Assembly: GCA_951406725.2 (NCBI GenBank) | Contig: OX597823.1 | Coordinates: forward strand, 13,764,001 to 13,828,000 | Source: Octopus vulgaris | Lineage: Eukaryota | DNA: 64,000 nucleotides | Reading direction: 5' to 3' | Position numbers and translations under genes: made by a program | In this document: in pieces, positions 55,590 through 64,000 of the stretch | How the letters are laid out: each line of letters starts with the position of its first letter | Position numbering within the stretch: position 1 is the stretch's first letter | Notes under the pieces: generated by a model | What the model was told of the DNA's origin: nothing | The model's database searches: none | Seen by the model: only the letters and a program-made list of their open reading frames with translations

Positions 55590-57290
55590 AGAATCAATGT
55601 CCTTGATACCGGGTCGGAACCAGTCTCCTTAGATATCGAGGACCTCTCTTTACCATCCTTGTAGTTCCCAACAGAACAGAATTCTGAATTAATGCAACTC
55701 TAATAGTTAAACGAATCTCAATAAGCGAACTGATAAGTCTGTTGTTGGTGACTGTACCCAGGACACCTATTAACAACTGGAATTACTTTTGTAGAAATCT
55801 TCCACAGCCGTCGTTATTCTCTAGCTAAATCCTGGTATTTTTCTATTTTTCTCTTGTTCTTTGACCGCTACGTGGAGGCGCAATGGCCCAGTGGTTAGGG
55901 CAGCGGACTCGCGGTCATAGGATCGCGGTTTCGATTCCCAGACCGGGCGTTGTGAGTGTTTATTGAGCGAAAACACCTAAAGCTCCACGAGGCTCCGGCA
56001 GGGGGTGGTGGTGAACCCTGCTGTACTCTTTCACCACAACTTTCTCTCACTCTTACTTCCTGTTTCTGTTGTACCTGTATTTCAAGGGGCCGGCCTTGTC
56101 ACTTTCTGTGTCACGCTGAATATCCCCGAGAACTACGTTAAGGGTGCACGTGTCTGTGGAGTGCTCAGCCACTTAAACGTTAATTTCACGAGCAGGCTGT
56201 TCCGTTGATTCGGATCAACCGGAACCCTCGTCGTCGTAACCGACGGAGTGCTTCCCCTGACCGCTACATTGATGTCCGCAAACGTAGCCACATCTATGAT
56301 GATGCACTCTATTGTTTTCCTTGTATCATCATCATCATCATTTTTTTAAAATCACAGGTTTTATTGGAACTCTTGGAGTCTTGCATACGTAGCCGGCTTG
56401 CTATCTGCAGCCTATAGTACCATGCTACCCGTTCTTTTCAGCTGTCTAATACATTACTGATTATTCTGGGAGTGCCAAGGAGGCGAACCTTTTGTAACAG
56501 TTCTACTGGGCACTCTATTCCGATTCCCTTGATATTCCTCTTGCTGCCATCTAATACTGTCCCCAAGGACCCAACAATAATTAGCACTATCTTCACCTTC
56601 ATCATTTTCCATAGCCGGGCTATTTCGATCTTAAAAAGGTTGTATTTGTCTATTTTTTCGCCTTCCTTCTTGACTATTCGTGGGTCAAAGGGGCACGCAA
56701 CATCAACTGTATAGCATATGTAGTGCACCTTGTCGACCACCACTAGGTCTGGTCTGTTATGCTCTAGCACCTGATCTGTTTGGATTGGGAAATCCAAGAG
56801 GATTTTGCTAGTCTCCGACTCCGCCACTCTCTCCGGTTTGTGCTCATACCACGTCTTGCTTCTCTCTGGCCCCTATTTTTCGCAATTTCCAGTGTAGCAC
56901 TTTCGCTACCTGATCATATCGTCACAACTTGTAGCGGTTTGGGGCAAGTCTAAGGCAATCGTTTGTGATATGGACAATGGTTTCATTCACTCTAACAGAA
57001 TCGCCACAGCGGAGACACTTGCACATTCTAAAGGTTGACCCTCCAGTTTGTGGCCAGAACTTGGTCCTGCGCTGCCAGTATAGTAATCTCGGTCTCTTTT
57101 TTTAGTGATCCTTTCTTCAGCCAATCCCACCTATTTTTCCTACAACTTCTGTTGTGGCTACATGGAATTAATTGTGTAATTCTTCTTCGTGTCCTTTTTG
57201 TACTTCTACTTTCGTTTTTCTGTTTTTCTCTATTTTCAATACTCCCTCGTTCCTAACTGACACTAGCAAGGTTTTATTATTTTGAGTTAC
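55590..57290 (-). pseudogene. R4/Dong-like non-LTR relics (restriction-like endonuclease domain), two tandem 3' fragments
   Basis: KILLDFPIQTDQVLEHNRPDLVVVDK..DVACP.D..EKIDKY..EIARLW..IIVGSLGTV; second copy IIDVATF..KIEKYQDLARE..PVVIGVLGTV. Confidence 0.85.
55873..56257 (+). mobile_element. SINE family C with a 10-bp TSD
   Basis: TGACCGCTAC at 55862-55871 and 56258-56267. Confidence 0.9.
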
Positions 57291-57322
57291 GTAGCTCATT
57301 AATCTCTCGAGTTCGATATGTA

Positions 57323-57396
<74 letters not shown>

Positions 57397-58830
57397 CGTT
57401 ATTATTATTATTATAGAGACTGTGTCTTGGCGTTGTCGTCAGAGATGAGGTTGTGACGGGTAATATGTTTCCAGCTAATAAATATTTAATATCAAATGTT
57501 TTGTATTAATAGAGAAATATTATTACTATTAAATAAACAAATAAATAAATAAAAAACTTTCTAAAATTGAATCTAAGCAAGTCATTTGCTACATTTTCTC
57601 GCCGCTCTTAAAACCGCTTCTCTACGTTTCAATGTGTTTTGTACTGACGCTATATAACTGAACACTCGCAGAATAAGATTTTCTAAATTAGTTTATCGTT
57701 CATGAATATAAAGCGACTTAAAAAGAAAAGAAAAAAAAACACATTGGAATCAATTTCATAACAAAAGAATCAAAATTGAGTCGACAATATAAGTTTGTTT
57801 ACGAATTTCAGAGATGGTCATGGACGTAGTGCATAGCAGTACAGAGATAATACTTATGTAAATGTCCAGGCAATATTTGTGGTCGCTTGTATTTCATGGT
57901 TATTTTGGATTGCGTGCGTAGAATTAATGATGTACACAGTTCCTACAAGATAACGCCAGTGCAAACACATGCCACCTGGTAGTACAATTGTTAATAATCT
58001 TTTTCAAGACAATCTAATTAACTACAGGTATTCATTTCCATGGCATCCCAAAGTGATTAAAAATACCCTTTTTCGACGGTCCCTTCCTCGGGCATAATGA
58101 AGAAAGAAGATATTTCAAGGGAAATTAAAATCTTATTGATTTATTGCAATTTGTGATTTCGTTTATTCTCTGCAATAAACATGTTACCGCAGGCAGATAT
58201 TCTATCAGCGTATTTTGTCCATTTACAAATCTGCCCTGAATAACAATAAATAAATAAATAAATAAATAAATATTCTAGTACATTCTATTGATGAAAATAG
58301 ATTTTTTCAAAAATATCTTATTTCCTTTTGACTCGCTGCCATATCACATACTTCAACTTTATTGAATGTCAAAATGAAATATATTCTTTATTCTTTGTTC
58401 ACACTGTGTTAGCAGGAACAGTGATACAAAGTTCAGCTTGGCTAATAGTTAACTAGTTTTTCATCTCCGATTTTTTCGAGAATTATTTGAATTTTCTTTC
58501 TGTTTCTCTTCCATCGTTTCTTTATTTCTTCATCTCTTTCTTTCTTTCTGTCTTTCTTTATTTGTGTATTTATTTATTTATTTAGTTGAATCAGAGAAAT
58601 ATTTTTCTTGAAAGAGAAAGAACGCCAGGGAAATGATAGCAAAATTAGCATCACTTCAGCATTGATTAAATCTCTTTTCTATATTGATGAGACGCAGACT
58701 TTAACATAAAGCGTTTTGATGATCGCCATATTGGGGAGATGAAGACAACTATTGATCTCATACAACTTTGATAATCAGTAATTCCCTTGAGGAATCCGTC
58801 ACATTCTCGCTATCAGTTTTCGTCAATTAC

Positions 58831-59011
58831 CATTTGTAAGAAATAGAAATGCGATGAAAGATAAAGATTTCATGCAAGATACTTCAGTTAACTGTAATAC
58901 ATGGCAATGCCATTTGCACCATTCTTCACTACTGTCTCTGTAGACATTAGATATAGCTGTACTTGGCAGTAATAATGGCAGGTCATCGTACGCCGTAGAA
59001 ACACATAACAC
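58831..59011 (-). CDS. candidate exon (open frame ending MKSLSFIAFLFLTN, signal-peptide-like)
   Basis: Acceptor CTTTGATTGCTCTGGCAG, donor ATG|GTAATT, 181 bp open in one frame; no homology recognised. Confidence 0.3.
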
Positions 59012-59649
59012 CTGCCAGAGCAATCAAAGTATAAAAGGAATTTCTGTGAAAGCTATAACTTCCAAGGCAGAATATTATAAAGCTGACACGAAGAAAGAAC
59101 TTGATGTTCATGAAAAATAATTACGTAACACATGTTGTGTCCAACAGGCTGGTTTTCAGCACGTTGTTTGGGATTTTGCCTCTACATCAGGGATGGAGAA
59201 AAAATTTAGTGTGGCGGGAAAAAATTTCCAAAGAAAATGGTCCTCGGTCGGATCACAAGTTCTAACACTTATATCTGTGCAAATCTTGTATATATCTATG
59301 TATAATTCGATCTACTTTAATAAAGGTAACTTTAACAAATTAAATTAACGCGTAACATCTTCATTAACGCCGCCACTGAGTTTAGAATGTTTATATTACC
59401 TATGAGGTATACTATAGTTTTCAGCTGATGTAGTTGGGTCTCAAGGGGATGGTACAAACCTAGCATTATGTGTTTTGTAGCGAAAGCAAAATTTCCATTC
59501 AAATGGCAATTACCAGATGATTTTCTGTTCGAGTCTAACTGTTTTAAGTCGTAATACAGATGCGACCTATGTCGAAAAGAGGCATATGAATATTGTATAA
59601 ATTTTATAATTGAAAACTTTACTATATTTTGTACATACGAGTATAGTAG

Positions 59650-59698
59650 CCTGCGGGCGCAATAAAATGGGCTGACGGGCGCAATTGCTCTACCCCTG
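59650..59698 (-). mobile_element. possible hAT (Charlie-like) transposon end
   Basis: Minus strand CAGGGGTAGAGCAA followed by repeated TTGCGCCCG subterminal motifs; partner end not found. Confidence 0.35.
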
Positions 59699-59934
59699 CT
59701 CTAAAGCAATGGTTCTAGAAAGAAACATTGTGAGATCAGGAGGAGAGAAGCAAATAATACTAGAACGCTAGTGGAGGCGTTGGAGGATTAGACGAGTGTT
59801 TTTTCCTGAGAAATTAACCCACTTAGAAATTGAAACAAAATACTTAAACCATTAAATTTTTTTTTTTTATTCAGTCTTTAGACTTTTCTCATAAGAACTG
59901 GAATGCTTATAGGGGACTAATTAAAATATATATA

Positions 59935-60898
59935 GAACATTGCATTACCAGCGAGCAGACATCCATTGTACGCAGTCTTGTAGGAAATAATCAATCCCGA
60001 CTGGCTGCCAACCCTGAATTATTTGACTTGCATGCACCTTATTACAATGAGGTACTAGCTAAGGCAGGATACAAGGAACGAATTAAATTCATACACCCGA
60101 ATAACACGCACAACATACACACCACACACATGCATGACATACACACAACCGACCTAGACGTAAAAACATCTCACGAACGCATCTACAGAAATTCGACCTC
60201 CACAACACACCACCACAAAAGTAGAATACCCTACCATCCAAATAACATTCATTCTTACTGTAAATCTTCCCATCTAAACAGAAATACGTCCAACAAAATT
60301 TATTCCACTAAACAAGCACAACGCATTAGCATAAATAAACCTAATGCCGAATATAGAAACCACACTGTCCTTTGGTACAACCAGATCCATACTACAAATG
60401 TAACTTCCAGGATCGCCAGACAATTTTTGGCAACCCTTGATAGACGCTTCCCGAAATCTCATAAGTATCATTCGATATTTAATAGACATAACGTAAAGGT
60501 GTCATATGCAGCCTCCTCTAACTTGTGGATATATATGCACAGAATAAATAACGTTAAACTTTGAAAGGCCTTGAAAAGCACCGTCACTGGAAGCTCAAAT
60601 AATGAATTTACATTCAATCCTCGCATGACTGAAAACCAACAACGGTTAATCGCAGAAAATGATTGCCCTAAAACATTCAGAACTAATAATATACCTATAA
60701 CAATGAGCGTACAGAACCTGCACATCAGCAGCATGATGAATCCACAACTAATTATAACTGGAATGGCAAGAGAACCACTACAAAACTCCTGGCCACCAAC
60801 AACTGCCACAAATAGGTGCTCCTGTAGGGATAAATTTAATTGCCCATTGGATAACTTTTGCATGACTCGTAACATCGTCTATAAATGCACTGTGCATT
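59935..60898 (+). pseudogene. Penelope-like element fragment (RT thumb/linker up to the start of GIY-YIG)
   Basis: APYYNEVLAKAGY..LWYN..NVTSRIARQFL..FPKSHKYHSIFNRHNVKVSY..CSCRDKFNCPLDNFCMTRNIVYKCTV; ends at (TA)n. Confidence 0.85.
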
Positions 60899-60913
60899 GA
60901 TATATATATATAT

Positions 60914-60969
<56 letters not shown>

Positions 60970-60972
60970 ATT

Positions 60973-61477
60973 GGCGCAGGAGTAGCTGTGTGGTAAGTAG
61001 CTTGCTTATGAACTACATGGTTCCGGGTTAAGTCCCACAGCGTAATACCTTGGGCAGATGTCTTCTACTATAGCCTCAGGCCGACCAAAGCCTTGTGATT
61101 GGATTTCGTAGACGGAAACTGAAAGAAGCCCGTCGTATATATGTATATATATAAATGTATGTATGTATGTATGTATGTGTGTGTATATGTTTATGTGCCT
61201 GTGTTTGTCCTCCCAACGTCGCTTGACAACTGATGCTGGTGTGTTTACGTCCCCGTAACTTAGCGGTTCGGCAAAAAGAGACCGATAGAATAAGTACTAG
61301 GCTTACAAAAAAAATAAGTCCTGGGGTCGATTTGCTCGACTAAAACCGGTGCTCCAGCATGGCCGCAGTCAAATGACTGAAACAAGTAAAAGCGTAAAGC
61401 GTATGTACATATTCGTGTGTCTGTGTTTGTCCCCCTACCATCGCTTGACAACCGATGTTGGTGGGTTTACGTCCCGT
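60973..61477 (+). mobile_element. SINE family A plus a partial duplicate
   Basis: Matches other copies. Confidence 0.9.
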
Positions 61478-61867
61478 AAAAGACTATACATATATATATA
61501 TCAGTCTGTACGTACGCATGTGTTTGTGAGAGTTTGAAATAATTATGCAAATGATTTTACGCGTTTGTGGCGGGGAGGAAAGAGAGGTTTCCACCTGTAA
61601 AACTACTTGCAAAAGAGAGCAGTCAAATCTCCCTCAAACAACACCCTATCATCTTACTAGTGGCTGATACATTCGGCCAGAACTAACCGTGCCTTTAAAA
61701 AGCTGAGAAAAAGAAATGCGAGAGCCACGGTTGGAATGGCTTTCATTATAGGTCTGCTCCATTATAGGTTGATCTGCAGGCAACCATCAAAAACAGCACT
61801 CAACAGGATCTTCAATATTTCCACCACCACCACCACCTACAACAACAACAGCAACAACAACAGTTGC

Positions 61868-62040
61868 AACTATATATTTTACAACACAATCACGTCAACA
61901 TCAACATGAAAAAGGAGAAAAAGGAGGAAAAAAGAAGAAAAAGGAGGAGAAAAAGAAGAAAAAGAAGAGGTAAGAACAACTTTATATGTTACAACACAAT
62001 CACGTCAACATCAAGATGAAGTAGTAGTGGTGGTGGGGGG

Positions 62041-62101
<61 letters not shown>

Positions 62102-62345
62102 CAGTAGTAGAAGAAGTGATAAAAGAAGAAGAAGTGGAAAAAGAAGAAGAAAAAGAAGAAGAAAAAGAAGAAGAAGAAGAAGAAGAAGAGAAGAAGAAGA
62201 AGAAGAAGAAGAAACAACAAGAGTGACAACTATATTTTACAACACAATCATGTCAACATCAAGAAGAAGAAGAAGGAGAAGAAGAAGAAGAAACAAGAGT
62301 TACAACTATATTTTACAACACAATCATGTCAACATCAAGAAGAAG
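61868..62345 (+). repeat. four copies of a motif of about 40 bp separated by triplet microsatellites
   Basis: CAACTATATTTTACAACACAATCA(C/T)GTCAACATCAA at about 61867, 61977, 62227 and 62303. Confidence 0.85.
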
Positions 62346-62832
62346 GAGAAGAAGAAGAAGAAGAAGAAGAAGAAGAAGAAGAAGAAGAAGAAGAAGAAGA
62401 AGAAGGAGGAGGAGGAGGGGGAGGGGAGGGGGAGGAGAAAAAGGAGGAGAGGAAGGAGAAGAAGAAGAAGAAGAAGAAGAAGAAGAAGAAGAAGAAGAAC
62501 AACAACAACAACAACAACAACAACAACCACGAAAACAACAACAACAACAACAACAGCAAAATCATCAACAACAACTAACAACATCAGCAGCAGCAGACAA
62601 AGCCAAAAAAAAAAAAAGCAAGAAGAAGCGAATAGCAGTTTATTTTTAATAGATTTACTAATTGTGGACAGGGAACATTCCTTCCTTGTTAGATGCTAAT
62701 ATAATAGATATACACCAACTTTATCTCTGCAATACCTTCTTAGCTAGTTACCCAACTATTAAATATTATCATTGTTTCACTCCGGTTATCATTTCTCACA
62801 CGTTTTCTTTGTTTTCCCTTGTTACTTTCATA

Positions 62833-62894
<62 letters not shown>

Positions 62895-63231
62895 ATACAC
62901 ACACACACACATGTTAATGATCTCACCACTTGAAACCGGTGTACGATGGAAGGCGGTGTTGGTGCTCTCTTTCTCTTTTCTCCTTCTCTCTTTCTTTCTC
63001 ACTCACTCTCTATCTCTCTCTCTCTCTCTCTCTTTCTGTGTGCGTGCATGTGTAATGTGCGTGTGCGTAGTGTGTCTGTGTGTGTGTGCATGTGTGTGTG
63101 TGTGTGTATGTGTGTGTGTGTGTTTTGAATTTCATTTAGTTGTCTGAGTCTAGTTATAGCTCGCATTAGCTGGTCACGTCATATTTAGTAATAAGTATTG
63201 ATATGCTTGTGTGTATGTGTATGTATGTATA

Positions 63232-63341
<110 letters not shown>

Positions 63342-63531
63342 CACACACAAACATGTGCTTGCTGATGTTCCTTTTCTTCTTCATATACATATGTGTGCGT
63401 GTGTATCAACGTACGTACATGTGTACATATATACAGATGTGTACATATATATATATATACATATATATATACACATATATTTATATATATATACATACAC
63501 ATATATATATATTTATATACATGTGTACATT

Positions 63532-63652
<121 letters not shown>

Positions 63653-64000
63653 GTATACGCAAAAATACAAACAAGTGTGTGAGTGTTGCAAGAAAGCAAA
63701 ATATCCCCCAACAACAAATACGAGAATAAAGAAAATGAAAAAAAAAACAAAAAAAAAACTTTAACACTTAAATAAAAGAAGAAAAGAGAAAAAAAAAGAG
63801 AGGAAAAAGATTAACATCAAATAAAAATATGAAACAAAAACTGCTAAAAAAAAACCCAACAAAAATAAAGAAGTCTCGAACTGGCCTCTTAAGTTGCTAT
63901 GGTGATAATGTGAGAGTCTGGCCGTTGCTAATTACTGGAAAAATGTTGCCCAATTTTACCTTCTTTCTTGGCTTTTCTTTTCTCTTTTTTGTTTCCTTTT

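Noticed and set aside
61868-62345. CRISPR-like repeat-spacer appearance
   Set aside because: Spacers are low-complexity and uneven, there are no cas genes, and the context is eukaryotic.
63917-64000. Possible exon end (KGNKKEKRKAKKE|GTAAAA, minus strand) near an RFX-like GTTGCTATGGTGAT at about 63893
   Set aside because: Low complexity, truncated by the window edge, and short motifs like this arise by chance.

Overview
AT-rich, microsatellite-saturated eukaryotic DNA with no operon-like gene content. The SINE families and the density of (TA)n, (GATA)n and (GTAT)n tracts resemble octopus (coleoid cephalopod) genomes; this is recognition, not a database result. Nearly all ORFs in the track are microsatellite or SINE artefacts. 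The window looks like intron or intergenic space with one well-formed minus-strand coding exon (11787-11962) and one weaker candidate (58831-59011). It carries about 30 tRNA-derived SINE copies of four families, five non-autonomous Helitrons plus a Helitron helicase relic, mariner/maT relics and MITEs, and RTE, CR1-group, R4-type and Penelope-like retroelement fragments. Three features stand out. (1) A 5'-truncated RTE LINE with target-site duplications (TSDs) carries a roughly 190-bp block of A-to-G changes, the pattern expected if an ADAR hyper-edited RNA was reverse-transcribed into the genome. (2) Several fold-back inserts sit inside (TA)n tracts and carry minimal hammerhead-ribozyme motifs. 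(3) A LINE has an ORF1 joining a Myb/SANT-like domain, poly-Q and four CCCH zinc fingers.
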